This document shows, in pieces, positions 46,711 to 59,200 of a stretch of DNA of 64,000 nt; positions within the stretch are counted from its first letter, which is position 1; each line of letters opens with the position of its first letter. The stretch is from contig NIVC01001840.1 in NCBI GenBank assembly GCA_002269645.1, positions 62,001 to 126,000 of the forward strand. The letters run 5' to 3'. This stretch comes from Macrostomum lignano (Eukaryota). Below the pieces are notes generated by a model. That model searched no databases. It had not been told where the DNA came from and worked only from the letters and a program-made list of their open reading frames with translations. The position numbers and the translations under genes are program-made.

Positions 46711-47040
46711 AAGGCTACAGCGGGGGAGTGGGGTGTGTTGAGGAATCCAGGGCTACAGCGGGGGAGTGGGGTGTGTTGAGGAATCCAGGGCTACAGCGGG
46801 GGAGTGGGGTGTGTTGAGGAATCCAGGGCTACAGCGGGGGAGTGGGGTGTGTTGAGGAATCCAGGGCTACAGCGGGGGAGTGGGGTGTGTTGAGGAATCC
46901 AGGGCTACAGCGGGGGAGTGGGGTGGGTGAGGAATCCAGGGCTACAGCGGGGGAGTGGGGTGGGTGAGGAATCCAGGGCTATAGCCGGGGAGTGGGGTCG
47001 GTAAGGAATCCAGGGGTCCAGCTGAGGAGTGGGTGGGGTG
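46711..47040. repeat. 38-bp G-rich minisatellite (ccagggctacagcgggggagtggggtgtgttgaggaat)
   Basis: Direct periodicity, about 8 copies. Confidence 0.95.
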
Positions 47041-48062
47041 GAGAATCCGCATGATGTCTAACACGACGCGGCTTCTTTACAAACTCTTTAGACTCCCAAT
47101 TCCCAACACTATTAGCCAAATAACCTTTCGACTTTACGATGCACAATCGCTTTCAAAGCGACCAGCTGTCGTTGAGAAATGCTCTGCCCCCTACTCTGTC
47201 CCACCTTAAGACGCGTCAAACCTGTTGAGAAATTTACTGCTACCAGAGATCATACAGAATTAATATATCAACATTCCGGTGTAAAAAGTAGGGTCAAGCG
47301 GACGTACGTCTTTCGGACCCCGACGGGTCTGCTTTAAAAAATGTCTAGTTTTTAAATCAAATCAAAATTATATATAATAATTTTACATTTACATTTCTAA
47401 ATGGTACGTTTAGATCCGACTCCTCAAAAATGCAAATTTTTTCGAACGCCGTATAAATGTTCCATTGTCTGTGATTTCGATTAGTTTTGGGTTTATTTTT
47501 AAGTATTCACCTTTGTGTACTCCTAACAGCACTTTTTGACAGTCCGATTTAAAAAGATACGTCAGATGAAAAATGACTCTTGGTAATTCTCCACTTGCAT
47601 GATTTACTACTTGTGATAGAATAAAAGATGGCGAAGTTTCTTTTCAAACTATATAGTGTGTTGGGACTTCGAGATTGCAGTCAGGCGACATAAGGCGCCT
47701 TTCAGTTGAAAGCAAATTAATATTTTTGTGTGAATGTTCCATTTTCGCAGTTCATAGACAATTTTTAACTCTACATCTTCGATTGGGGTGTCGCGTAATA
47801 CGCATCAACAGTAATTGTACCATGACCTTTGTGCCCGCTGGGCACTTATTCTTGCCTTTTAATGCCATAAACTATATTTAAGCCCGCTTGCAGGAGTCAC
47901 ACTTACTTTAATGCAAATTAGCGGGCAGTTAATGAAATTTAACGCCCGATTGTCTATTTCAAACTTACTCTAATGCAAATTAGCGGGCAGTTAATATCAT
48001 TAACTGCCCGCTAATTTTGTCCCACTTTGTCAAGGACACAAATGTCTATGGCACAATGATAG

Positions 48063-48199
48063 TAATACCCATGCTTTAAGGGCGTTAATGGGAAAATCAG
48101 AGGGCGCCGGCCGAGACGCGGTAAGGCAGTTGTGTGTGAAGCGTGACCTCTTGAGGCGCCCGAGGATTTCTCATTAACGCCCTTAAAGCATGGGTATTA
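48063..48199. mobile_element. Small hairpin/MITE-like element
   Basis: ~45-bp inverted arms 48063-48108 and 48155-48199 with TA at both ends. Confidence 0.5.
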
Positions 48200-48594
48200 A
48201 TGTACTATTACTCTGATCAATGCCTTACTACTTTTGACAGTAGGGTTCACCAAAAAGGACTCTACCCTGAGTGATAACTGCTTTTTAGTAAAAATACCTA
48301 TTTCACTTATGATTTATTGCGTGCAATCCCTTTTTTATTATGTAAATATTTTGCCGCGCCAGAGTTTTTTGAATTTTTAAAAGAAGCTGGTCAAATTTAC
48401 AGCGCGCACCTGCGTGAATGAGAGTTTAATGAGAGTTAGAGAAAATGAATGAGCTCAATGTAGCCCTGGGCCACCGAAGAATTCCAGATCTTCATGCTAA
48501 TTAAAGTCGGGCCAGCTAAGGTTGGCGATAATGAAAGTGCAATGCGTAACCCTGGTGGCATTGTGGTGCCCCTGAGCTAGAATGCAGCTTGCCG

Positions 48595-49170
48595 ATTGAC
48601 TGCGTACTGACTACCGACTGACTACCGACTGACTACCGACTGACTACCGACTACCGACTGACTACCGACTGACTACCGACTACCGACTGACTACCGACTA
48701 CCGACTGACTACCGATTACCGACTGACTACCGGCTGACTACCGACTGACTACCGGCTGACTACCGGCTGACTACCGGCTGACTACCGACTGAACACCGAC
48801 TGACTACCGACTGACTACCGGCTGACTACCGACTGACTACCGGCTGACTACCGACTGACTACCGACTGAACACCGACTGACTACCGACTGACTACCGACT
48901 GACACCGACTACCGACTGACTACCGGCTGACTACCGACTAACTACCGACTGACTACCGACTGACTACCGACTGACACCGACTACCGACTGACTACCGACC
49001 GACTACCGACTGACTACCGGCTGACTACCGACTAACTACCGAATGACTACCGACTGACTACCGACTGACACCGACTACCGACTGACTACCGGCTGACTAC
49101 CGACTGACTACCGACTGACTACCGACTGACTACCGACTGACTACCGACTGACTACCGACTGACTACTGAC
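48595..49170. repeat. 11-bp satellite (ctgactaccga), opposite orientation to the copies at 36050, 43890 and 52965
   Basis: Direct periodicity. Confidence 0.95.
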
Positions 49171-49809
49171 TTTCTACCGACTAACTACTGAGAGGCTACG
49201 TACTGACTACCTACCTACCGAATAAACAGCTCACAATAACCTCGCAACAATTATACAACACACAGCACACACAATATTTTCTAGCTTTATATTTGTACAA
49301 ATCAGTCACGCTCACGCGATGAATGATCCAATCAATTGTTGAGTTAAAGCCTTTAGTCTTCAGTTTAGCGGAGTGTTGTCAATCAGGTTGCTTAACAAAC
49401 AAATTGCTGTTTAAAAAAATAGTTTTTCTCATGCCACTCTTATCCTCCATCAACGTACGAGTATTTATTGCGCGATGACCTACAAGCAAAATATGCTGGG
49501 CTCGTAGCGAGACTGGTGTGATTCCTTCTTTTTTACGGGTGCCAGTGCGTCTGCTCTGCGTACGAAAGTACCCGACTTATCCGTCATACTCGTAGACACC
49601 TGTCCGAGGATTATCCTCCAAGAAAATTCAGAATTGAATTTTAATCATTTTCCATTATAGAACTGAAGTTCAATTATTTAACCTGTCACGCATCGTAATA
49701 TATTCTTTAATTTGCTTCTCATCAAGCTATTTATTAGCTTATCTTATTTGCTTCATAAGCTCATTGCCCAACTTTAGTAGCAATCCAATTCTAGAAAAAT
49801 GATATTATC

Positions 49810-50060
49810 CTTTATTTCTGACGTTGGCTAGATTAGCAATCAATTCTATTTCTTCATCCGTGATGTTGGCTACATTAGCAATCCATTCTATTCCTTCATT
49901 GGTGATGTTGGCTACATTAGCAATCCATTCTATTCCTTCATCCGTGATGTTGGCTACATTAGCAATCCATTCTATTATTTCATCCGTGATGTTGGCTAGA
50001 TTCGCAATCCATTCTATTATTTCATCCGTGATGTTGGCTAGATTAGCAACTAGCCTCTCA
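49810..50060 (-). repeat. 42-bp satellite in inverted orientation
   Basis: Reverse complement of the 62695-63860 unit. Confidence 0.9.
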
Positions 50061-50095
50061 CAATCTGATGAAACTAAAGGGTTAATCTGATAGTA

Positions 50096-52401
50096 CAACA
50101 CCGGGTGGCCGTCTTGGCTGAGGATGGCCGATACTGCGGACTCGCTAGCATCTGTCGTCAGGGTGGTCAGCTTCCTAGGATCACCGGGTGCACTTCCAAG
50201 GCTCGCTTGAGGTCTTCGAAAGCTTTTTGCTGCTCCAGGCCCCATGCACACAAAGCTGGACTTCTGACTCCGCAAAGCTGTCAAGGGCTCAATCTTCTCC
50301 GAATAGGCCTGGATGTAGCGCGCATAATAGTTGGTGAACCCGAGGAATGACTCCAGCACCTTCCTCGGCGTGGGCGGCTTGACCTTTTGGATCTTCTCCA
50401 CTAGCTTCTTGTCTGGCCGAACTCTATCCGCTGAGATGCGATATCCCAGGAAGCAGATCTCAGTGCTTCAAAAGACGCACTTCTCATGGTTGATCTCCAT
50501 GCCGGCCTCTTTGAGGGTGCTGAGCAAATGCTTCACTTTGGCGTCCAGCTTACCTTCTGTCTGAGCGCCCACGCAAGTTTCCTCTTGATAGATCACCATG
50601 TTCGACACCGCGTCGCCAATGGTGGCCTTCATGGCTGCCTGAAGTTGGGCACTGGCTGTCTTGACACCGTAGGGGATTCTCGTCCAACGCAGCAGGCCGA
50701 TCGGCGTATTGATTGTGAGCACTTCCCTTGCGTTCTCATCCAGCTCGATCTGGTTGTGGGAGTTTGTCAAGTCGACGGTGGCGAAGTGGTTCATCCCGGA
50801 CTCAATATGTTGGGCAGCGGGAAGGAGTCAGCGCATATTTTGGGGTTGACTCCCACCTTGTACTCCTAGCAGATTCGCTGATCATTGTTCGGTTTGCGCG
50901 CGACCACAATTGGTGAGGCCCACCGGCTGCCTCCGGGTGGTACAGGCTCCAGAATCCCCCTCTGCACCATCTTCCGCAGCTTCTCGATGACCAGCGGCTT
51001 CATGTGGATCGGTACCTGACGGGCCTCGAAATAGCTTGGCTGCGCATTCTCTTTCAAGACTATCCGAGCCCTGAAGTCCCGCAGCTGATGGCAGGCTGAT
51101 GGTTGGTGGCAATTCCGTCGAGCTTGAAGTCCAAATCATCGGTGCCCAGCAGTCCATGGTTCTTCTTGCATGCGGCCACAGTAACCTCGATGCAGGCAAC
51201 TCTGTCGCTGAGCTCTACCACCGCCAAGAAGCAACCGAAGGTCTTGATGACAGACCCATCGAACTGGCGAAGCTGCCTGGGACACCGCTTGAGCCGAGGT
51301 TCACCCAAGACTTTCCAAAAGTTCTTGGGGATGATGCTGGCGTCTGATCCGGAATCGAGCTGCATTGTCAGGAGCTTACCGTCCAGCTTCACATTCTTGA
51401 TGCTGCTCGTCTTGATCTTATTCGTGCTGCTGACGGTGAAGACTGGGCTGCGAGCCAGGTTGCCTTCCGGTTCCTCAAGCCTGCCGACTTGTTCTGGGCG
51501 CTGCTTTTTCACACAGCTGCTGGGGCTTACTACTCAGTTGGGGTGTTGGAGCTGGTCGATGACTGTTTGACCTGATCGGAGCTGCTGTACTGCTGGATGA
51601 GCTCCAGCTGTTGAACATATTCGACGCAGGTATCCAGCTTCACAGCTGTGGCAGCGCTCTGGATGAACTCGAGAAACTTGGCCCGATGCTTCACGTTGTG
51701 CAGTCCGCTGATCAGCATCGTCTGAATGAGCTCGTCCTCGGCAGTCTGATGGCAGCCCTCAGCGTTCAGTTTGCTGAATTCGCAGTACCTGGAGGCATCC
51801 GTGAGACGCTGTGCAAATTTCTGGCTCGATTCACCAGTCTCTTGCCGAAGTGCCATGAATCTGGATCTCTCCACAATGACCAGCCTTTTCTTGGGTGCCA
51901 TCTTCTCCATGATCAGGTTGCGAATGTGCGAATGTCAGCGAAATCCATATTCTCCAGTTCCTTGGGCTGCACCATGACAGACACTCTGCGGACTGCCTCG
52001 ACTCCCGCCTTGAACAGGAAGAGGTCAGTAATCTGGCGATCTTCATTGGAGTCCGTCAGCTTCTTGCTTCGACTGAGTGCGGCGAAACTCCTGAGCCATG
52101 CCTCAGTCATGGCTGGATCGTTTAGTGGCAGGTCACTTGCTTACGACGCCATTGTTGTGCCGTGAAGTTGGCATAAATTAAGAAACTCAAGGTTTATTTT
52201 AACTAGCAAGTAGCCTATATTTAATAATGACCCGAGCGGGAGCTGAGAGAACATCGAAATAGAGTCACGTGATGACAATTAATTACGTACAAGTACATGG
52301 AAGCTTAGTGGTATGGCGAAGGGAGAGGAAAGAATGATGTGCACGTACGATGCACATACACAACATAAGTTAGTTAGTTAGTCAGTGCCTCCGGCAGCAC
52401 A
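50096..52401 (-). mobile_element. Ty3/Gypsy (Mag-like) 5' half: 5' LTR (52401-52153), PBS-like TGGCG, gag, protease, RT, RNase H start
   Basis: LDSG protease motif; WASPIV; RIPYGVKTAS; YQEE in place of YxDD; FLGFTNYY; TDAS..GHPVLY; several frameshifts; flanked by GCTAC. Confidence 0.92.
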
Positions 52402-52964
52402 GTAGCCAAATCCCTAATCCCAAGATTAGCTGATTTCTACCTTCGAAAGTTTTGTTTGCTTAAATCTGTATGTCGCTGTTTTATCACGTAGCTGTAGGAG
52501 GCAGCCACTGGACTACAGTCATGAGCTTTGTTCTCCTAATTGATTACCTGCATGACCGCGTCTCTAAAATGAATACGCAAACACATTGCAAAAGATTAGT
52601 TTAACCTGAGTTGTTCTAAAAATTTCGAATTGGAATGCAGGCTGGGATGAATTGAAAAAGGCGGGAAATTTTTAATTAAATAAAATGTCTTGCGAGAGAC
52701 AGGCTTTGTCTTGCTAAGAATGGCATTTCTTTTATAACCTTGCGATGAAATACCGTAGCTACAGTTTCGTGCAAGTGTCAATTCTACTTCTATCTAAACT
52801 TCTAAGTTTCTAAGTTTCTGCGTATCTTCAAAAATATATATAAGGTCTGGTTGAACTAGCTACACGACAACCCGCCTGTAATAAGTAGTTCACAAAGAGT
52901 CGGTATGCTTATGAAACCATATGTCAATTGGTTTTTCTGCATGTAGATGCAGTTAACTAATGGT

Positions 52965-53220
52965 CAGTCGGTAGTCAGTCGGTAGTCAGTCGGTAGTCAG
53001 TCGGTAGCCAGTCGGTAGCCAGTCGGTAGCCAATCAGTAGCCAGTCGGTAGTCAGTCGGTAGTCAGTCGGTAGCCAGTCGGTAGCCAGTCGGTAGCCAGT
53101 CGGTAGCCAGTCGGTAGCCAGTCGGTAGCCAGTCGGTAGTCAGTCAATAGCCAGTCAGTAGTCAGTCGGTAGTCAGTCAGTAGTCAGTCGGTAGCCAGTC
53201 GGTAGCCAGTCGGTAGCCAG
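52965..53220. repeat. 11-bp satellite (gtcagtcggta) immediately 3' of the GPCR B stop (shorter copy at 36050-36130 for A)
   Basis: Direct periodicity. Confidence 0.95.
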
Positions 53221-53227
53221 TCTCACA

Positions 53228-56200
53228 CTAGCTCTGAGGCACGGTGATTCCGGCTGAAGTCTGCATCGCAGTCTCCATATCGTCAACCTTGCTTGGGCCG
53301 TGTTTGATCAGCATGAAGATCTGGAATAATGTTAATCGTTGATTTCAACCGACAAAGTATATTTTCCAAGACATTCACAAGCATCACCGCAAGATCGGTC
53401 CTCGCACCTTGCTGCCAAACACCAGAATCAGGGTGGTACTTGAGCAGATTATGATGCAGCTGGCAATGAGCGACACTTTCAGATCCTGACTCGACGAGGG
53501 CAGAGCGAACAGAATGACCACACCGATGAGACCCATGACGGTGGTGTTGTACACGCACACTCCGATCTTCTTCGAGTCGTTGAGCGCTTCCACCTGCACC
53601 GTGCGAGTCTCCCAGGCAAAGAACAGCGCGAACAGCAGCAGAAAACCTTTGACTCCAAGTTCGGTGGCAATCCAAATTGTCATGTTGTTGCAGGTGCATA
53701 CATCGATTGTCGATCGAATGAGAGTTCCGTCTTCAGTTTCCTAGAATTTATTGTTTCAGGTATTTTTCGGAAAGTTGGTTAATATGAAAATAAAATGGCT
53801 CTTCTGATACTTTTAATTCACTGCCATTGACACAATTTTTCAGCAAAAGTTTTGAATACTTTTTGAATACCGGATGCTGTGGCACAAAATCAAGCTGTCA
53901 AGACACCCGTAAGAGTCCACACCCATATGCCTTTACTCACAACGGAGGGCAGAGAGACACTCTTCACCGTGAGCGGATCGATGATTCCCCAAGCGATTAG
54001 CAGGACAATATCAGTGGCCAGAACTAGCAGGATAACTGCAAACAGATGCGAATCCTTGATGGCCTGGGGAAAGAGACGAAAATTCGAGCTAAGTTGTTTG
54101 CAAAAACGGCACATGGGATTGATTCGTGCGATATTAACGTCTGTCTATACGAGTGGAACTTCCCAATGTAAAAATATTTTATACAGCGATTTTTAAAGCT
54201 GTTTCTCTATGAGTACTGGATTTAGTGGCTATTTTATTATTTTATTAGTTGCCAACAACAACATCTTCCGTGTGTATGTATCGATATGCATCTAAAGTGA
54301 ATTTTTGTAGAGCAAAATATTTGGATGCATTTTTGGATCCATCAGGGAGAATCGTCAATGTGGACGAATAGTGAAGAGGTTTACGTTGGCCTTGCAGGCT
54401 CTGATTCTAGAAATTTAATGTTGTAAATTATTTTGTTCGCATTTGGATTCGAACCCTGGACCTCTTGATTTCAAGAACCACGCTTAATAGAGTAAATCGG
54501 GAACATAAAAAGCCCAACTAACAGCCCGGCAGCTAAGCTCACCACCCTGCGCAGCTTCACGTTGGTGAAGATGCGGTGCACTCGCCACGTCTTGGCCAGC
54601 ATGGCGCCGAACGCAGCCGAGTAGCCAATGGTGAGCAGAGCCGTTTGAGTCCAGCACAGGCCGGTGCTCACTGCCCAGTGCGAGTTCACCGCCATCACAA
54701 TGCAGGACGCGTAGCACATCAGACAGCCAGCGCCGATCACGTTGTTCACGAGGGGACTGCTCATCTTGATGAGGCGAAGCTCTCTGTAGTGGAAGTTCAC
54801 AGCCACTGTCGCTATGGAAACGGCGATGCCGATGGAGGAGGCTGAGGTGAGTGCGATAGTTCCGGCTTCGCTCAGCTGCAGCTGCCTAGTGAGCAGCTCG
54901 GGAGCGTCCACCGGAGGTGAGCCGCCTGAAATTTACACACACGGTTAATAACTGATCTCATGTTTTCCTGTTGTCTTGTTTGAGTCCATCGATTCTGGTA
55001 GATTCTACAACTTTTCAATTTAGTCAAGTTCTCGCATAGACTTAACCGATTCCTTACCCGCGAACCAAAATTTAGAGGTCCAGTTCAACACGTTTTCTAT
55101 CGGGTCGTATGTGCCAACCAGGTGCCTCGATAGGTCTGCGGAAATATAAAAGTTACAAATGGAACTTCTGTGAGGTACGACAAGCCACTCCGTGCGCGAT
55201 ATGAGTTCATCGGTGCTGCGAAATTGAAATATTCATTCAACAGAGAAACGTGACATTCTAATTTAAAACTCTTCCGCTTCAAAGAGCAATAGGAGTATGT
55301 TTTATGAATAAAAAGGGCTGAAAAACGAACTCTGGCATGGTAACCCACAGCCAAGCTCACTTCTCAGCTGGTAGATCATCACCACAGAGGTTCGGTCACC
55401 GTTGTTGTCAAACACGACTCGTCCCTGCATTGAGAAGAGGCGGTTGAGCTGTCGTGAGCTCGCAGACTAACCGTCAAAGTAAAAACAACGCAGAAGAAAA
55501 AGCAAAACTAACAGAGAGACCGATAAAGTCCAGCTTCAAAATGTTCCTCATCAGCTCAGCTTTGAACGATGAATTGCCGAGCTGCATCTCATCTGAGTAG
55601 TTCCACGACTGCAGCGTCTGGTTCAGCGCGAGGGCCGCCGACATCACGGAGTCGAAGCGAAGGTCGAAACCGCGGATTGTCTTCATCCTGGCGTCCGCGA
55701 GTCTGGCGGGGTACTCGATGAGGAACTGGCGGTACAGCTCTGGGAGAGTCTGCGGACAGTTGCGGGAAGGGAGTCGTCTGCAGGCCCCTACAGCTGTGGG
55801 AGAGCCTGCAGGACAAATGAATCAAGGATCAGCTCATACCTTTCCAGCGGGTCCAATCCTTGTCTCAATCAGCGCAGGGTCCATCACCGCCGTGTCCGTC
55901 TCGATGGAGCCCTCCATACTCTCTGCTCTGTCGGAGTCTGGGCAGGAGCCCTCGATTTGGGCGGTGGTGAATGGCAGGCCCACTTGGATCCAGAAGTACT
56001 TCGGACCGTAGGCGCCCAGTTGTTTGAGCTGAAGGTCCATTAGTGCAGGTTTGGAGGTCACGATTATGTCACGTGAACTACAAGCTTGTAGCTAATCGCC
56101 AAGAATTCATAGTATTATCCAAATGCTTGAAACTCATATGGAAAACCCTGTGTACCTTTAAGTATAAGCCGTATATTTTTATGGAAACTTACAACGCATT

Positions 56201-59200
56201 CGAAGCGCTTGTCCGGATTTTCTGTGCCTCCAACGCGAACGATGATGAAAATTCTGATGTCGCTTTGCTTGAAAGGTTATTGCGGCGCAGGGAATACTTG
56301 GCATTTATTATGTATAACTTTTTGCAGCCCATTTGGGCTTGCGCGCATTTAATTTAATCCAAGATACTCGTATGTTTGTCAAAGTATTGGAGCTTTTGTC
56401 TATGGTAGCAAGGCTGGCACAGCAGCATTTAATTTGGTCCAACAAGCATCGATTTGGTCCATTAGGTTCATTTGCAGCTCAGTCCCAGAATTGTGGACCA
56501 TATGCTAGGCTGTTGAGCGAATGCCATTGGCTTGTGATCGAAGCACTCGACAGAGGTGAACACCCAAAGGACATTGCAAGGTTGCTGAATGTAAAAGAAA
56601 AGGTGGTTTACAGCATCCATCAGCGCGTTGAAACTCTTTCGCAGGCAATCTCTGCCGGCAATCGCCAAGGCAAGTTGCTCGAGAGCCTCAGGTCCAACTG
56701 CTACTCGATGCAGTGGAGACGAACCCTTTGTTGACGTTGCCGAAATGCAGCAGAAGTTAAAAGAACGGTTCCAGTTGGTTATCAGATTTCGACTATCAGC
56801 AGAGCTCTGGAAAAGCAACTGAAAATTGTTGGTAGAGACGCTGACATTCCAGCGGTACGCAACAACCTGCAGACAGTTGCGAGAAGGCAAGAGTTTGTCC
56901 AATGGCTCACGAGTGTTTCGACCAAATGGATGCTTGTTGGGCCAAATTAAATGCTGCTGTGCCAGCCTTGCTACCATAGACAAAAGCTCCGTTGCATTGG
57001 CAAACGTATCTTGGATTGAATTACTGGGTGATTGGTAAAAATCTGGACATGGTTAGTTTTTGCCATAGACAAACTTTAACGAGGCGAATTTATTGAGCTG
57101 ATGCTTTTGAGCAATACTGGGGGTCTTCCTCACAACTTAAGTTGTTTTTTTCACTCGTTTGCCCCGTCATGTCTGAGATGCAGTCTCTAAATGAAGAGCA
57201 GCGGCCTAAACTGGTTGTACAAATGCGCGTAAGCCCAAATGGGCTGCAAAATGCTATACTACAACATAGCAAATTAGTAAAATAAGCTATTCGCGTTGAA
57301 TTCTTACCAATAGGTTTCTAATAGCATTAGTTGGATCGCTGCTGTAGATCATTTTCTGATACGAGGTCAGATTGTTAGCAATCAGAGCCGCCTCGAGTTT
57401 CAGAGCCACCTGATTTGTTTAAAAGAATTCTGTGAGAATTTTCATGACGGCTCTAATAACAATGATTCAAGGCATGCATGACCCTTCTCAAGTCAAAGTG
57501 GTTTAGCTGTCGATGAGAACTCAGAGCTCCTTTCGAACCGTGCCGCAATAGGACCTGGCCTGTGATTCCTGGACTCAAGTTTTTAATTCGTTAGAGTCAG
57601 GGGGCTGAGTGCACCCTGGCGCACTTAAAGCGACATTGTCACACAACCGGCGACAGACATTGCTGCACATTCCGCCGACTCCCTTGAGCAGGCACACAAG
57701 CGCGCAGATACTTACGCAGTCATACGCACAGGCACACACTCACACAGGAGTGTACAGCGACCATAAATTTATTTATCGTTAGGCATGTACACTTCACTGT
57801 GCCTTGGGGGTTGGCCTTCAAGCTGGGTTTTACCCTAACCCTAACCCACTACCAGCGTAACAACGATACAAGCTAAAAACGGCCGAATTCTAATCCAGGT
57901 TTCTCACAGTTTGCATCCCCCTTGGCAACAATGCAGTTTAGGATCAAGTCCATCCAACTAGACTGCAATTTTGAAAACTAAAAGTAAAAAACCTTTTTTT
58001 CGAAAACTTCTGTTTCATTAAGAGAATTTTTTTGAGCATTGAGGAGCATTGTGCACAGTGCTATCGATCCAATGGCATATGCTATAACTGTTAACCAGCT
58101 GCATGGGGTAAAATTTCTCACTGGGTAGGCCACTGCGAAATCCGAAGCAATGAAGCCGAACTTTTTCCAGCCAAATTTTTTAATAATTTTTACAGTCGGT
58201 TCAACAAACAGACTGCTAGCGATTGGCATTCGAACGTAGTAGGGGTAGAGGGACTTGTCACTCAGCAGTGGCGACGTGTTTGAGAAGCCGATCTGAAAAT
58301 CGAAAGTTTATAGGGATGTTACAATTTGGTCAGTGGCTGTTTTCATGGTTGGTCAGATAATTTCACCAGATTGGTCAAAAAATGTCGTCAATATTGGTCA
58401 GAGAATGTCGTCAATATTGGTCAGAGAGTGCCATCAATATTGGTCAGAGATTTTCATCAATATTGGTCAGAGATTTTTATCAATACGAGCTATTGGTCAG
58501 AGATTTTCATCAATATTGGTCAGAGAATGTCATCAATATTGGTCAGATAATGTCATCAAGATCGGTCGGAGATTGTCATCAATATTGCTAAGAGAAAATA
58601 ATCAATATTGGTCACAGATTTTCATCAGTATTAGTCAGAGAGTGCCATCAATATTGGTCAGAGAGTGCCATCAATATTGGTCAGAGAATGTCATCAATAT
58701 TGGTCAGAGAATGTCATCAATATTGGTCAGAGAATGTCATCAATATTGGTCAGAGAATGTCATCAATATTGGTCAGAGAGTGCCATCATTATTGGTCAGA
58801 GAGTGCCATCAATATTGGTCAGAGAGTGCCATCAGTATTGGTCAGAGAGTGCCATCAGTATTGGTCAGAGAGTGCCATCAGTATTGGTCAGAGAGTGCCA
58901 TCAGTATTGGTCAGAGAGTGCCATCAGTATTGGTCAGAGAGTGCCATCAGTATTGGTCAGAGAGTGCCATCAGTATTGGTCAGAGAGTGCCATCAGTATT
59001 GGTCAGAGTGTGCCATCAATATTGGTCAGAATGTGCCATCAATATTGGTCAGAGATTTTCATCAATATTGGTCAGAGAGTGCCATCAGTATTGGTCAGAG
59101 AGTGCCATCAGTATTGGTCAGAGAGTGCCATCAGTATTGGTCAGAGATTGCCATCAATATTGGTCAGAGATTGCCATCAATATTGGTCAGAGAGTGCCAT

